A stretch of 64,000 nucleotides of DNA, taken from positions 6,458 to 70,457 of the forward strand of contig JADJLL010000013.1 in the NCBI GenBank assembly GCA_016710095.1. The letters run 5' to 3'. The position numbers and the translations under genes are program-made. The stretch comes from Candidatus Eiseniibacteriota bacterium. GTDB lineage: Bacteria; Eisenbacteria; RBG-16-71-46. Shown piece by piece: positions 31,009 through 42,611 of the stretch. Within the stretch, counting starts at the first letter, position 1, and each line of letters begins with the position of its first letter. The notes beneath the pieces are model-generated. The model was not told the origin of the DNA and made no database searches. It saw only the letters and a list, made by a program, of their open reading frames with translations.

Positions 31009-33332
31009 CCACTCGAATGCCCCTTCGAGCCCTTCGTTCCGCCGTACTCTGCCTGCTGTCGCTCGGGCTGATCGCCGCTCCTTCGTTCGCGGGCGACGCC
31101 GGACGCTGGCGCAAACTCGAGCTTCCGGCCGGACGATGGTTCGCGGCCGCGGGCTACGACGCTCCGCAGCAGCGCATCGTGTTCTTCGGTGGCGAGGCGG
31201 TCAGCGGCAACCTGCGGGACCTCTGGCAGCTGACGCTCGCCCCGGCCTACCACTGGGAGCGCTTCGAGGCGACCGGCGCGGGGCCCGTGGACCGCTTCGG
31301 CTTCTCGTACGCCTACGATTCCTCCCGCCGCCGGCTGCTCGTGTTCGGCGGACAACTCGCACCGGGATACTCCTCGGAAATCTGGGCGCTCGCGCTCGAC
31401 GGAACGCCCACATGGTCGCTCGTCAGCGCCGCCGGCGGGCCGAGCGCTCGGAACTTCGCCGCGATGGCGTACGACCCGGCGCGCGATCGGCTGGTGCTGC
31501 ACGGCGGCCGCAATGCCGGGGGAGCGCTCTCCGACACGTGGGCGCTTTCGCTCGCCGGCACACCCGCGTGGTCGGCGCTCGCACCGGCCGGCGGCCCGCC
31601 AGCTGCTCGTTACGGACACGCGACCGCGTACGATCCCGTGCGTGATCGTCTCCTGTTCTTCGGTGGCCGGAGCTCGTCCAGCGTGTACGGCGATCTCTGG
31701 TCGCTCTCGCTCTCCGGTTCGCCCACGTGGTCGCCGGTGACGACCTCGGGTGATGCGCCGCTTCCGTCGTCGTTCGCGAGCGCGACCTACGATGCCGTGC
31801 ACGACGACCTCGTGGTCGTCGGCGGCGCCGACGGCTCCGGCGTCGCGCATGCGCACGCCTTCGACTGCGGCACCGCCGCGTGGACCGATCTCGCGCCGTT
31901 CGGCGCGCCCTTCGCCGCGCGGTCCGGACAGACCGCCACCTTCGATCCCGTCCACGGTGCGCTCGTGGTCTTCGGGGGAGGCGAACTCTCGCTGCTCCAG
32001 TGGTACGCCGACGCGTGGTCGCTCGCGCTCGACGGCAGCGCGGTCTGGACCGAGTTGCCCTCGTGGCGCCCGGGCCCCGATCCGCGCACGAACCACAGCG
32101 CGATCGCCGATCCGCCGCGCGGCCGCATGATCGTTTTCGGCGGCGACGACGGCGCGGCGTACCGCAACGACCTCTGGGAGTTGGCCCTCGAAGGCGAGCC
32201 GATGTGGACACGGCTCTGGACGCAGGGCCCCGAGCCCGCACCGCGCACGGGCCACACGGCCATCCGCGACGATCTGAACGACCGCATGATCGTATTCGGC
32301 GGCCGCGGTGACGGCGGCGTGCTCGGCGACGTGTGGGAGCTGCCGCTCTCGGGACCGCCGTTCTGGTCCCTGCTCGTTCCCGCCGGAACGACTCCCTTGG
32401 CACGTTACGAGCATGCCGCCACGTACGACCCGATCCGCCAGCGCATGCTCGTGACGGGGGGGCGCAACGCGGGCGGCTACTTCGACGACGTGTGGGAGCT
32501 GTCGCTGGGCGCGTCGCCCACCTGGACGCAGCTCTACCCGAGCACCCCGTCGTGCGTCACGAACCGAGCCTTCCATTCGCTCGTGTACGACCGCGGGCGC
32601 GACCAGTCGATCGAGTTCGGAGGGGACAACTACGGCCTGCCCGGCTGCGCGCAGACGTGGGCGCTGCACGACGTCGGCCAGTCGTGGTGGGACGAGATCG
32701 TCACGAACGATCGGCCAGCGTGGCGCTACGATCACAGCGCGATCTTCGATCCCTCGTGGGACCGCATGCTCGTGTTCGGCGGCACGCACTCTTCGTACGG
32801 CCCGGGTGATCCCGCACGCCAGTTCGCCGACGTCTGGGAGCTCGAACCCGGCACGCCGTCCTGGCAGCCGCTCAGCCCGGCGCCGTACCTGCCGTCGATG
32901 AGCGCGCCGGACTCGATGTCGGGCCACTCCGCCGTCCTCGACGCCGCGCACCATCGCATGGTGGTCTTTGGAGGACTTCGCGGACTCGGCTTCTTCGACC
33001 TGCTCTCCGAATGCTGGGCGCTCGAATGGGCGCCGGGCACGACGGCCGTGCAGGACGGTCCGCACCCCATGCGTCTCGCGCTTTCGGCGGGGCCCAATCC
33101 GGCCCGCGGGCGTTGCACCGTGCGGCTCACGCTGCCCGCCGCGTCCCTCGTGGACGTCGCGGTCTTCGACGTGTCCGGACGTCGCGTGCGGACGCTCGCG
33201 CGAAGCGAACAGCGCACCGCCGGAAGTCACGCGTGGAACTGGGACGGCTCCGGTGCGCGCGCGGGTCTCTACTTCGTGCGCGCCTCGACGGCGCAAGGAA
33301 GCGCGACCACGAGACTGGTGCTCGCCGACTGA
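31009..33332 (+). CDS. Secreted Kelch-repeat beta-propeller protein (two propellers) with C-terminal FlgD-Ig/T9SS-type sorting domain
   Basis: Signal MPLRALRSAVLCLLSLGLIAAPSFAG. About 12 Kelch-like blades (R..FGG....DLW.L.L....W). Tail GLYFVRASTAQGSATTRLVLAD. Confidence 0.8.
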
Positions 33333-33441
33333 AAGCCGGGCTCCGGAGCGGAAGGCGTCCTGAGCGACTCCCGCGTGGGCGCGGCGTATGGTACGCGTGC
33401 CTGACGGACACGGCGCCACTCCTCGAACTCAGGGAGCACTC

Positions 33442-33825
33442 ATGCTCAAGCAGATCGTCTATTTCCTCGTGATGGCCGCCGCCATGATGACGCTGTCCAT
33501 GTCGGGCATCCTGCCGGGCTTCAGCGTGGACGGCTTCCAGGCGGCGCTCGTCGGCGCGGTCGTACTGGCGCTTGCGAACGCACTGCTCAAGCCCGTGCTG
33601 TTCCTGCTCACGCTTCCGTTCACGATCATGACGCTCGGACTCTTCCTGCTCGTGCTCAACGCGCTCATGCTCGGGATCACGGCGCGCGTCGTGCCGGGCC
33701 TGCACCTGCAGGGCGCGTTCACCACGCTCGTCGCGTCCGTACTCCTGTCGCTCGTCGGCATGATCTGGAACGCGGTCTCGAAGGACGACGGCCGCCGCCG
33801 GAAGCGCGACCGCGACCGGGATTAG
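33442..33825 (+). CDS. Phage-holin-4 family / DUF360 (YvlD-like) small membrane protein
   Basis: ATG 33442 after AGGGAG. GFQAALVGAVVLALANALLKPVLFLLTLPFTIMTLGLFLLVLNALML. Basic C-terminus RRRKRDRDRD. Confidence 0.6.
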   Translation: MLKQIVYFLVMAAAMMTLSMSGILPGFSVDGFQAALVGAVVLALANALLKPVLFLLTLPFTIMTLGLFLLVLNALMLGITARVVPGLHLQGAFTTLVASVLLSLVGMIWNAVSKDDGRRRKRDRDRD

Positions 33826-33906
33826 TTCGCAACGCAGGGCGCTCTGCGACATCCGACGAGGCGGCATTCCATCCTGTCGTCCTCACGCACTTTCACGGAG
33901 ATACGC

Positions 33907-34857
33907 ATGTCGCAGAAGAAGATCATCGCCGTCCTCGGAGCCACCGGTGCACAGGGGGGCGGCCTCGCGCGCGCCATCGCCGCCGACACGTCCGGCGAGT
34001 TCACCGCCCGCGCGATCACGCGCAATCCCGACTCCGACAAGGCCAAGGCGCTCGCCGCGCTCGGCATCGAGGTGGTCGCCGGTGACACCGACGATCCGGC
34101 CGGTCTCGACAAGGCGTTCGCCGGCGCGTACGGCGCGTATTGCGTGACCAACTTCTGGGAGCACTTCTCGCCGGCGCGCGAGATCGCCCAGGCGACGAAC
34201 ATCGCCCGCGCGACGAAGAAGGCGAACCTCCAGCACGTGATCTGGTCGACGCTCGAGGACACGCGCAAGAGCATTCCACTCGACGACACGCGCCTGCCCA
34301 CGCTGCAGGGCGAGTACAAGGTCCCGCACTTCGACTCGAAGGGCTCCGTGGACCACGTGTTCGCGAACGAAGGCGCGCCGACGACGTACCTGCTCGCCGC
34401 GTTCTACTGGGACAACTTCATCCACTTCGGCATGGGCCCGCGCAAGAACGAGCACGGCGGCGTCACGCTCGCCATGCCGCTCGGCGGCGTGAAGCTCCCG
34501 GGCATCTGGGCCGGCGACATCGGCCGCTGCGCGTACGGCATCTTCCGCCGCGGCGCGAGCACCGTGGGGCAGCGCATCGGCGTGTCGGGCGAGAACCTCT
34601 CGGGCGCCGAGATGGCGGCCAAGATGGGCAAGGTGCTCGGCGCCGAGATCACCTTCTTCGACGTGCCGTTCGACTTCTATCGCGGTCTCGGTTTCCCGGG
34701 CGCGGAGGACCTCGGCAACATGTTCCAGTTCCAGGCCATCCTCGGCGAGACGTTCCTCGCGTCGCGCGACCCGAACCTCTCGCGCGAGCTGAACCCGCAG
34801 CTGCTCGACTTCGACGGCTGGCTGGCGGCGAACAAGGCGAGCCTCACGATCGCCTGA
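33907..34857 (+). CDS. NmrA-like family NAD(P)-binding protein
   Basis: KKIIAVLGATGAQGGGLARAIAAD Rossmann motif. Overall NmrA/HSCARG-like layout of about 316 aa. Confidence 0.85.
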   Translation: MSQKKIIAVLGATGAQGGGLARAIAADTSGEFTARAITRNPDSDKAKALAALGIEVVAGDTDDPAGLDKAFAGAYGAYCVTNFWEHFSPAREIAQATNIARATKKANLQHVIWSTLEDTRKSIPLDDTRLPTLQGEYKVPHFDSKGSVDHVFANEGAPTTYLLAAFYWDNFIHFGMGPRKNEHGGVTLAMPLGGVKLPGIWAGDIGRCAYGIFRRGASTVGQRIGVSGENLSGAEMAAKMGKVLGAEITFFDVPFDFYRGLGFPGAEDLGNMFQFQAILGETFLASRDPNLSRELNPQLLDFDGWLAANKASLTIA

Positions 34858-34892
34858 GGCGGGGACGGCCGAGGCCGTCTTCCGGCAGTACC

Positions 34893-34930
34893 GACGGGCG
34901 GCTCCTTCGCGGGGCCGCCTGTTTCGTTCG
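34893..34930 (+). terminator. Terminator-like hairpin after the NmrA-like gene
   Basis: GGCGGC-tccttcgcgg-GGCCGCC followed by tgtttcgttcg. Confidence 0.4.
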
Positions 34931-35067
34931 CCCGCGCGATGTCCCGGAGACGCCCGGCGTTTTCCGCGGGAGACGGGCGGGGCGAGGCAAACAGTCTTCC
35001 CGACCGCGACCGCGCGCCGCTCCGGATCCCCCGGCCCGAACGCGTCGCGTCATCAGGGAGACCTCCA

Positions 35068-36254
35068 TGCTTCGTCCTTCCATCCTCCGCGCCCGGGAGG
35101 CGGCCTTCGGAATCGCGCTCGCTCTCGCCATCGTGCCGGCCGCGGCCCTGGCGCAACACCTCGGCAGCCCGACGATGCGAGTCGAGACCTGGCAGGTCGT
35201 CATGCCCTACGACGCCGCGTTCGACACGAGTGTCGTGGCGAGCCACTGGCCGCCACGCCAGATGCACGCGCAGAAGGACCAGTCCGTGAAGGATGCGAAC
35301 GGGCGCATCGCGCTGCACTCCGACTACACCACGAACTCCCTTCCGGACATCGCGTCGGCGTGGGCGGACGACACCGGACTGCTCGGGGCCTACTCGCGCA
35401 AGGACGACCCGTACACGATGTTCGAATTCGACGGGGCGCTCACGCACGGCCTTTGGGCCCAGAGCTTCCGCAAGGACTCGCCGGGCGCCACGCTGACGCT
35501 CCAGTTGACGGGCGCCGAGCTCGAGGTGCACGCGGAGTTCGGCGGATGCCGCTCGGAGTTCACGTTCGAGGCCGTCGCCACGCAGGGTTCGATCCCGTTC
35601 TTCACGCATCGCGAGGTCGGCGCGCTCGCCGCGTTCTTCACGTTCCCGACCTCGTTCGAACAGGCGCACTCGGGGCAGATGGTGATGACGCAGTCCACGC
35701 CGAACGGCGACCCACACGGCAGCAAGCTCGAGTTCGCCGGTGCGAGCATTCCGGTCGATCTCTCCGGCGTGCCAGTGGGCGCGGAGTTCACGCTGCGCTG
35801 CAACCTCGTGACCGAGGCGGTGCTCAACTTCGCCGAGGTCTCGCACGCGCATGCGACGTTCGGGAACGAGCTCACGGAAACCGGCGGCATGCAGATCTCG
35901 TCGTCCGGGCTCACGACCACGAACAACCCCGTGCTGCCACCCGACGGCCTCGCGGTGGCGGCGGCGCCGGTCGCGCGGCTCGCGTTGTCGCAGCCCCGGC
36001 CGAATCCTTCACCGGCGGGGGCGACGTTCGAACTCCAGCTCGAGCACTCCGGCCCGGTCGAAGTCGACGTGCTCGACATGGCGGGCCGCCGCGTGGCGAG
36101 CATCGCGGGTTCCCGTTTCGAGGCGGGTCGTCACGCCCTGGCATGGGACGGGCGTGACGGCTCCGGCCGGCCCACCGCGGCCGGCGTGTTCTTCATCCGC
36201 GCCCGCGCGGACGGCCGGATGGCGACGCAGCGTTTCGTGAAGCTTGCGCGCTGA
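35068..36254 (+). CDS. Secreted protein with C-terminal FlgD-Ig/T9SS-type sorting domain
   Basis: ATG 35068 after AGGGAG. Signal MLRPSILRAREAAFGIALALAIVPAAALA. Tail ...LSQPRPNPSPAGATFELQLEHSGPVEVDVLDMAGRRVASIAGSRFEAGRHALAWDGRDGSGRPTAAGVFFIRARADGRMATQRFVKLAR. Confidence 0.7.
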
Positions 36255-36280
36255 CGGTCACGCGCGCGCCGGACGAACGA

Positions 36281-36312
36281 GCAGCCGTAGGCCCCTCGGA
36301 GCCTACGGCTGT
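36281..36312. terminator. Bidirectional terminator hairpin
   Basis: CAGCCGTAGGC-ccctcgga-GCCTACGGCTG between convergent genes. Confidence 0.5.
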
Positions 36313-36752
36313 TTCGTCGCCTGCCAGCCGACCGCCTGCCACACGCCCTTGCGCTTGAGGAACAGCCCCGTGTTCAGGTAGCGCCCGACACTCGTCGAGT
36401 CGTGGTCGACCGTGGTGGCGACGAGGCGGAACGCGACCATCGCCGCGTGGCCGTACTGCTGGATGCGCACGTCCTCGGCCGTGTAGCGCGTGACCGGATC
36501 GTCCGGCTTCGGCGCCGGCGCCTCGCGAACGTCCTTCATGATGTCGGCCTTGCCGACGCGGCGTCCGCCCGAGCCGGTGTAGATGAGGTCGTCGGCCCAG
36601 AAGCGATCGTGCATCGCGACGTCGTTGCGCCCGGCGCCGTCGAGGAACTGCGTGAGCAGCGTGGTGAGCGACGCGGCATCGGGAGCGGGAGCGACGACCG
36701 CCGTCGCGGCGAGCGACAACGCGAGCAGCGCCTGCGTGATCGTGACGAGCAT
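36303..36752 (-). CDS. Secreted SnoaL-like / NTF2-like (DUF4440-type) protein
   Basis: ATG 36750-36752 (complement) after GGAGG. Signal MLVTITQALLALSLAATAVVAPA. ...FWADDLIYTGSGGRRVGKADIM...RYLNTGLFLKRKGVWQAVGWQA. Confidence 0.6.
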   Translation of the reverse strand: MLVTITQALLALSLAATAVVAPAPDAASLTTLLTQFLDGAGRNDVAMHDRFWADDLIYTGSGGRRVGKADIMKDVREAPAPKPDDPVTRYTAEDVRIQQYGHAAMVAFRLVATTVDHDSTSVGRYLNTGLFLKRKGVWQAVGWQATKQP

Positions 36753-36811
36753 GAATGCGACCTCCGGGTGCGTGTGCAGGGGCGGATCGGACCGCCGCCA
36801 TCCTGCCTGAT

Positions 36812-37682
36812 TTACCGGAGAACGTCCCGCACTTCGTCGAGTCTCGCGACGGGCGTCGCGAGGAAAAGCTCGCGAAGTATGGGCACGTGACCGGCGCCGA
36901 AGATCACCACCACGCGTTCGTCCGGGCCGCGAAGTTCGCGCACGATGTTCGAGTAGATCCGCAGGTTGCGCGTATACCAGCCGCTGACGAATCCGTCCGC
37001 CCCGAGGTAGTTCCCCGGTTCGCCACGCAGGAGTGCGCCGACGAGGTAGTGACCGTGGCCCGCGCGCAGCCTCGACTCGGAGTTCATGTATCGCAGCGTG
37101 GCGGCGAGAGGCTGCACCGTCTTCATCGAGTCGTCGCGCGCGTAGAGGCGCGCGAATCGCGCGTCCCAGTCGGCGGCCGAGGCGTGCGTCGAGCCGAGAG
37201 CGGCGGCGCGCCGCTCGTACTCGGCGTCGCTCATGTCCGGATCGAAGAACCGCGCCGGCGCGTCGCACGCGATCACGCCCGGCAGCCCGATCCGCTTCGC
37301 GAGCCGGAACCCGAGCTGGTAGGTCTCGTTGCGAAGCGTGTCGAGTCCGCCGCCCGGATAGATCGCGTACAACGAGTCGAGTCGCGCCTGCCGGGAGAGC
37401 GGCGCCTCGACCAGCACCCGCGTCGGCTTCCACGCCGAGAGTTGTTCGACCAGCATCCGGACTTCGTGCTGCCGCTGCGGCTCGCGCACGTCGAAAGTGA
37501 ATCGCGGCTTGTAGCTGTCCAGCCCGGCATCCTGGAAGTGGAACATCCCGAGGAGCAGGACGTGCGGCTCCGCGCGCCCCCCCCCCCCAACCGTGGCAGG
37601 CCTCGGGGGCGGGGCCGCCTTGCGGCAGGACGGTCGCCGCCGAACAAACGAGGAGCACCGCGAGCACCGGGAAGGACCGCAT
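36812..37682 (-). CDS. Secreted protein of the DUF5694 / TraB-GumN-like family (tentative); the reading frame is disrupted at a C12/G12 homopolymer in the signal-peptide/mature junction
   Basis: ATG 37680-37682 (complement) after GGAGG gives MRSFPVLAVLLVCSAATVLPQGGPAPEAC. A 12-nt C run (plus strand 37577-37588) follows. The downstream frame (ORF 36812-37744) continues EPHVLLLGMFHFQDAGLD...VVVIFGAGHVPILRELF. Confidence 0.5.
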
Positions 37683-37934
37683 GGAACCTCCGAGGGGGAT
37701 GTCGAACGTCCGGACGATGACGGGTGCCTACGCCGCGGGGTCACTCGAAGTTGCCACCGCGTCCGCAGTCGTCACTTCAGGAATGAAACAGGATGAAAGT
37801 TCCGACCGCTGATTCGGCGCGAAAGAGGCGGGCCGGGCGGCGGTCCGGCGGCGCGCGGCGCGCGCCGGGGGGGGCCGCGCCGGCGGCGGGGGGAGAGCGA
37901 CGGCGCGCGCTGCGGACCGGAGTTGGGGTTGGAC

Positions 37935-39926
37935 ATGTCTCACGCGTTGCAGCTGGCCGTCGCCGTCGCGTTCACACTGTCCACCGCCGTCGCTCACGCG
38001 ACGCCACTCACCGTTCCCGCGCTCTTCGGTGACCACATGGTGCTCCAGCGCGACTGCCGCGTGCCGGTGTGGGGTACGGCCGCGCCGGGCGCCACGGTGA
38101 GCGTCGCGATCGCGGGCCGCACGGTGCGCACGCGTGCCGGCGACGACGGCCGCTGGAGCGTCACGCTCGCGCCGCTGACCGTGGGGCCGCCGCTCGAGAT
38201 GGTCGTCGCCGGCGACACCGGCGACACGCTGCGGATGCGCGACGTCCTTGTCGGGGAAGTCTGGCTCGCCTCGGGCCAGTCGAACATGGAGATGCCCGTC
38301 GACGGCTGGGGCAAGGTGCTCGACGTGAACGCCGAAGTCGCGAACGCCACGTATCCCGGCATCCGCATGCTCACGGTCGCGCATCGCGTCGCATACGAGC
38401 CGCAGCGCGACGTCACGACGGCCGGCTGGATGCCGTGCACGCCGGCGAACGTGAAGGCGTACTCCGCGACCGCGTACTTCTTCGCGCGCGATCTGCATCG
38501 CGAACTGGGCCTCCCGGTGGGGATCATTCACTCGGCATGGGGCGGAACCGAGATCGAAGCGTGGACGCGCGCGGGCGCGCTCGCGCCGGTCGAAGGGCTG
38601 CCCGCGCGACTCGCCGCCGTACGCGAGCGCGCGCGCGTCGCCGCCACGCGCGACCTGCGCCGCGACTTCCTCGACGCATCCGCGGCCTGGCTCGCGGCCG
38701 TGCCGAAGGGCGATCTCGGCACGACTGCGACGCCGCCGTGGTCTTCTCGCACGCTCGACACGTCGGCCTGGAAACCGATGACCTTGCCGACCGGCTGGGA
38801 GAACGCCGGGCTGCCGGACCTCGACGGCGTCGTGTGGTTCCGCCGCACGGTCGAGATTCCCGCGGGCTGGAACGCGCAGGACCTGCGGCTGCACCTCGGG
38901 CGCATCGACGACGTCGACACGACGTGGTTCGACGGCGTCGCCGTCGGACACGATTCGGTGTACGACCGTCCGCGCGACTACACCGTGCCCGCGCGCCTCG
39001 TGACGCCGGGGGCGCACGTGATCGCCGTTCGTGTGTACGACTGGATCGGCGGCGGCGGCCTGTGGGGCGACGCCGCGATGATGAAGCTCGAGCGCGCGCC
39101 CGGCGACGCGATCGCGCTCGCGGGCGAGTGGTCGTACCGCGTCGGCCTCGACCTCGCGACGTTGCCGCCGCGTCCGCGCGATCCCGACGACCCGAACCAG
39201 CCCACGGTGCTCGTGAACGGCATGATCGCGCCACTCGTGCCGTACGCGATGCGCGGCGTGATCTGGTACCAGGGTGAGCAGAACGCCTCGCGCGCGGCGC
39301 AGTACCGCACGCTGTTCCCGGCCATGATCCGCGACTGGCGGCAGGCGTGGGGGCGTGGCGACTTCCCGTTCCTCTTCGTGCAGCTCGCGGCGTTCATGGC
39401 GCCGGCCGCCGAACCCTCGGAAAGCGATTGGGCCGAACTGCGCGAGGCGCAGGCGATGGCGCTCGCCTTGCCGCGCACCGGCATGGCGACGGCGCTCGAC
39501 GTCGGCGACGCGACCGACATTCACCCGCGCAACAAGCAGGAGGTCGGGCGCCGCCTGGCCCTCGCCGCGATGCGCGTCGCCTACGGACGCGACACGCTCT
39601 CCGAAGGCCCGCGCTTCCGCGGCATGCGCGTCGCGGGGCGCGAAGTATGGCTGCGCTTCGACCACACCGGCGGAGCGCTCGTGTCGCGCTCGGCGGCCTC
39701 CCCGCGCGGGTTCGCACTCGCGGGGGCCGATCGCAAGTACCACTGGGCGGACGCTCGGATCGAAGGGGACACGGTCGTGCTCACGTGCGACGCGGTCGCC
39801 GCACCGGTCGCCGTGCGCTACGCGTGGGGCGCGAACCCGCCGTGCGATCTCGTCGGCGCGACCGGCCTGCCGGCGCCGCCGTTCCGCACCGACCGATGGC
39901 CGGGCGTCACCCAAGGGCGCAAGTAG
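37935..39926 (+). CDS. Sialate O-acetylesterase family (SASA/DUF303) carbohydrate esterase, secreted
   Basis: Signal MSHALQLAVAVAFTLSTAVAHA. VLVGEVWLASGQSNMEMP SGNH-like block. Tandem beta-sandwich plus esterase layout of about 660 aa. Confidence 0.8.
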   Translation: MSHALQLAVAVAFTLSTAVAHATPLTVPALFGDHMVLQRDCRVPVWGTAAPGATVSVAIAGRTVRTRAGDDGRWSVTLAPLTVGPPLEMVVAGDTGDTLRMRDVLVGEVWLASGQSNMEMPVDGWGKVLDVNAEVANATYPGIRMLTVAHRVAYEPQRDVTTAGWMPCTPANVKAYSATAYFFARDLHRELGLPVGIIHSAWGGTEIEAWTRAGALAPVEGLPARLAAVRERARVAATRDLRRDFLDASAAWLAAVPKGDLGTTATPPWSSRTLDTSAWKPMTLPTGWENAGLPDLDGVVWFRRTVEIPAGWNAQDLRLHLGRIDDVDTTWFDGVAVGHDSVYDRPRDYTVPARLVTPGAHVIAVRVYDWIGGGGLWGDAAMMKLERAPGDAIALAGEWSYRVGLDLATLPPRPRDPDDPNQPTVLVNGMIAPLVPYAMRGVIWYQGEQNASRAAQYRTLFPAMIRDWRQAWGRGDFPFLFVQLAAFMAPAAEPSESDWAELREAQAMALALPRTGMATALDVGDATDIHPRNKQEVGRRLALAAMRVAYGRDTLSEGPRFRGMRVAGREVWLRFDHTGGALVSRSAASPRGFALAGADRKYHWADARIEGDTVVLTCDAVAAPVAVRYAWGANPPCDLVGATGLPAPPFRTDRWPGVTQGRK

Positions 39927-39936
39927 CGCCCGGCGT

Positions 39937-40916
39937 TCAACGGAACGCGAGCCACTGCATGAGCAGGATGTTCACGGCGAGCAGCACGAGCGCCGTGGGC
40001 GCCTGCGTGCGGATCACGGAGTTGATCGCCGCGTTGCGGTCGGGAAGGTCGAGCAGGTTCGCGGGCACGACGTTGAAGTTGGCCGCCATCGGCGTGAGCA
40101 GCGTGCCGCAGAACCCCGACAGCATGCCGATCGCGCACACGACCGCGGGGTCGCCGTGGAAGCGCTGCACCAGCACGGGCAGGCCGACCGCCGCGGTCAT
40201 GACCGGGAACGCGGCGAACGCATTGCCCATGAGCACGGTGAAGAACGCCATCCCGATCCCGTACGCCGCGACCGCGGCGAAGCGCGTGTCGAGCGCGAGG
40301 TGCTCCGAGAAGATCAGCCCGACCTGCTTGCCGACGCCCGCGCCGAGCAGCACGACGCCGAGCGAAGCGAGCATCTGCGGCAGGATCGCCGCCCAGCCGA
40401 CCGTGCTCACGAGCCGCGCGCCCTCGCGCAGCGGCACGAGCGCCGGCGAACCGGCGCCCGCGAACTTCGGGCGCAGCCATGCGAACACGACCGCGAGCGC
40501 GATCAGCACGCCGAGCACGAGCGACACGAGCGTCGCCTGCGCGGGATCGATCAGCCGGCCGCCCCACGGCGTGTTCTTCGCGACCAGCGTCCCCGCGAGC
40601 GCCGTCCCCGGGATCACGAGCGCGACCAGGAACAGCGCGTCGCCGTGACGCTGCGCGCTCGCGCGGCGCTCTTCCGGCTGCGACGTCGCCGTGCCGCCCT
40701 TGCCGAGGCCGTACGTCGCGAGCGCGACGAGTCCCACGACGAGCACGCCGTTGCCGAGATCGCCGAGGCGGTCGCCCACGAGAAAGCTGAGCGCGAGCAG
40801 CAGCCAGAACGACGACGCGACGAAGCGGCGCGGGTTCGCCGCGTCCTGCGCCGCGAACCACGCCGTGCCCGCGAAGAAGACACCGCCGAGCACGTACAGG
40901 TGGGGGAGCGCGATCA
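39937..40916 (-). CDS. DUF979-family integral membrane protein
   Basis: GTG start after GGAGGA overlapping the stop of the upstream DUF969 gene. Multi-TM. GIGMAFFTVLMGNAFAAFPVMTAAVGLPVL. Confidence 0.7.
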
Positions 40917-41627
40917 CTTCGCGTCCTCCTTCGCGCCGAGCGTGCGCTGCAGGCGGCGGTCGAAGAGCCACAGCCGCACGAGGTGCACGACCAGCGCGGC
41001 GACCGCCGTGGGAATCGCCCAGCGCGACAGCGCGAACGGCTCGACCACGATGCCGCTCTGCTCGAGGAACCCCTTGATGAGCAGGATGGACGCGATGGCG
41101 ATGAAGATGTCCTCGCCGAAGAAGAGCGCGATGTTGTCCGCCGCCGCGCAGTGCGCGCGGATCGCGAAGCGCACACGGTCGGGCAGCGGGCCATAGCGCG
41201 CCTCGGCGGCGCCCTCGGCCATCGGCGCGACGAGCGGGCGCACCATCTGCGCGTGCCCGCCGAGCGACGTGAGCCCGAGCGCGGACGTTACCTGGCGCAG
41301 CACGAAGTAGACGCCCAGCAACCGCCCCACGGTGGCGGCGTGCACGCCGGCGATCCACGTGCGCGCGCGCTCCTGCAGCCCCAGCCGCTCGAGCGTGCCG
41401 ATCGCCGCGAGCACGAGCCACACGACGCTCACGTAGCGGTTCGCGTGGAACGCCTTGCCGAACGCGGCGAGCGTGCCGGTACCCGCCTGCACGTAGGTGG
41501 ACGCGTCCGCGCCGGGCGACCAGGCAGCGGCGAGCCCCGTGACGATCGCCGAGGCGAGCACGATGAGCAGCGGGTTCGCGCGCAGGACGAATCCGAGCAC
41601 GAGCACGGCGATGCCGAGCAGCGACAT
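40914..41627 (-). CDS. DUF969-family integral membrane protein
   Basis: ATG 41625-41627 (complement) after GGAGG. MSLLGIAVLVLGFVLRANPLLIVLASAIVTGLAA... Classic DUF969/DUF979 gene pair. Confidence 0.7.
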   Translation of the reverse strand: MSLLGIAVLVLGFVLRANPLLIVLASAIVTGLAAAWSPGADASTYVQAGTGTLAAFGKAFHANRYVSVVWLVLAAIGTLERLGLQERARTWIAGVHAATVGRLLGVYFVLRQVTSALGLTSLGGHAQMVRPLVAPMAEGAAEARYGPLPDRVRFAIRAHCAAADNIALFFGEDIFIAIASILLIKGFLEQSGIVVEPFALSRWAIPTAVAALVVHLVRLWLFDRRLQRTLGAKEDAK

Positions 41628-41796
41628 GGGGGAGCGGCCTCCGGAAGGTCGTGGCGGACGAGATGCGCGCGCAGCATACCCGGCGGCGCGGCCGCGCCAA
41701 GAGAACTCTTCCGCGTGCGGGCCCGGCCCACTATCGTGCGCGCCGTCCATCCTCCGCGCCCGGCCCACCCGGACGCTCCACGTGCACGACACACCG

Positions 41797-42575
41797 GAGA
41801 ATCGCGCATGGCTCCCGAAGCCCCGCAGGTCCCGGCCGGCAGCGGCAAGCACCCGATCACGCTCGTCGTCATCGCGGCCAACCAGCTCGACGCCTCGATC
41901 GCGTTCTACTCGAAGGTGTTCGGTTGGACGCTGCACAAGGTCTCCGCCGAACTGGCGGGCGGCATGCCCGCGCACGGTCCCGCGTTCGCGCTGCGCACCG
42001 GCGTGCCCGAAGGCTCGCCGTCCGCCGTAGCGTACGTCCTCGTGCCCGACGTGAAGTCCGCGATGAAGCGCGCGATCGAGACCGGCGCGACCGAAGAACG
42101 CGCGCCCTGGAGCATTCCGCTCGTCGGCATGCTCGCGCGCTTCACGACTCCCGGCGGCACCGTGTGGGGCGTGACGACCGCGCAGCCGCCCGCGGGAACG
42201 AAGCCCGTGCCGATGCCGTTCGGCGACGCGCCCAAGCCGCCCGCCGGCACGATCTGCAGCGTCGAGATGTACGCGCCCGACGGCGAGGCGGCGGGCAAGT
42301 GGTTCGCCGAGCACTTCGGCTGGGGCTGGGCTCCGAGCATGCCGCAGTTCGTCGCGTTCGATCCCGGCGCGGGCATCGGCGGCGTCTTCCAGTCGCACAC
42401 GCCACAGGCGCCCGTGATGATCTACGTGTACGCGACCGACGTCGTGGCGAAGGTTGCCGAGATCGAAGCGGCCGGCGGCAAACGCATCGGCGAACCCATG
42501 CCCGTTCCCGGCATGGGCTGCTTCGGCTACTTCCAGGATCCGTCGGGCACCGTGATGGGACTCATCGGCGGCTGA
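41797..42575 (+). CDS. VOC-superfamily (glyoxalase/bleomycin-resistance/dioxygenase fold) two-domain protein
   Basis: ATG 41797. HPITLVVIAANQLDASIAFYSKVFGW and a second half, KWFAEHFGWGW...GVFQ. Two beta-alpha-beta-beta-beta modules. Confidence 0.75.
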
Positions 42576-42578
42576 GCG

Positions 42579-42611
42579 CTCGCGCGGCCGCCCGAGCACA
42601 CGGCGGCCGCG
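42579..42611 (+). terminator. Terminator-like hairpin after the VOC gene
   Basis: CGCGGCCGCC-cgagcacac-GGCGGCCGCG. Confidence 0.4.
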
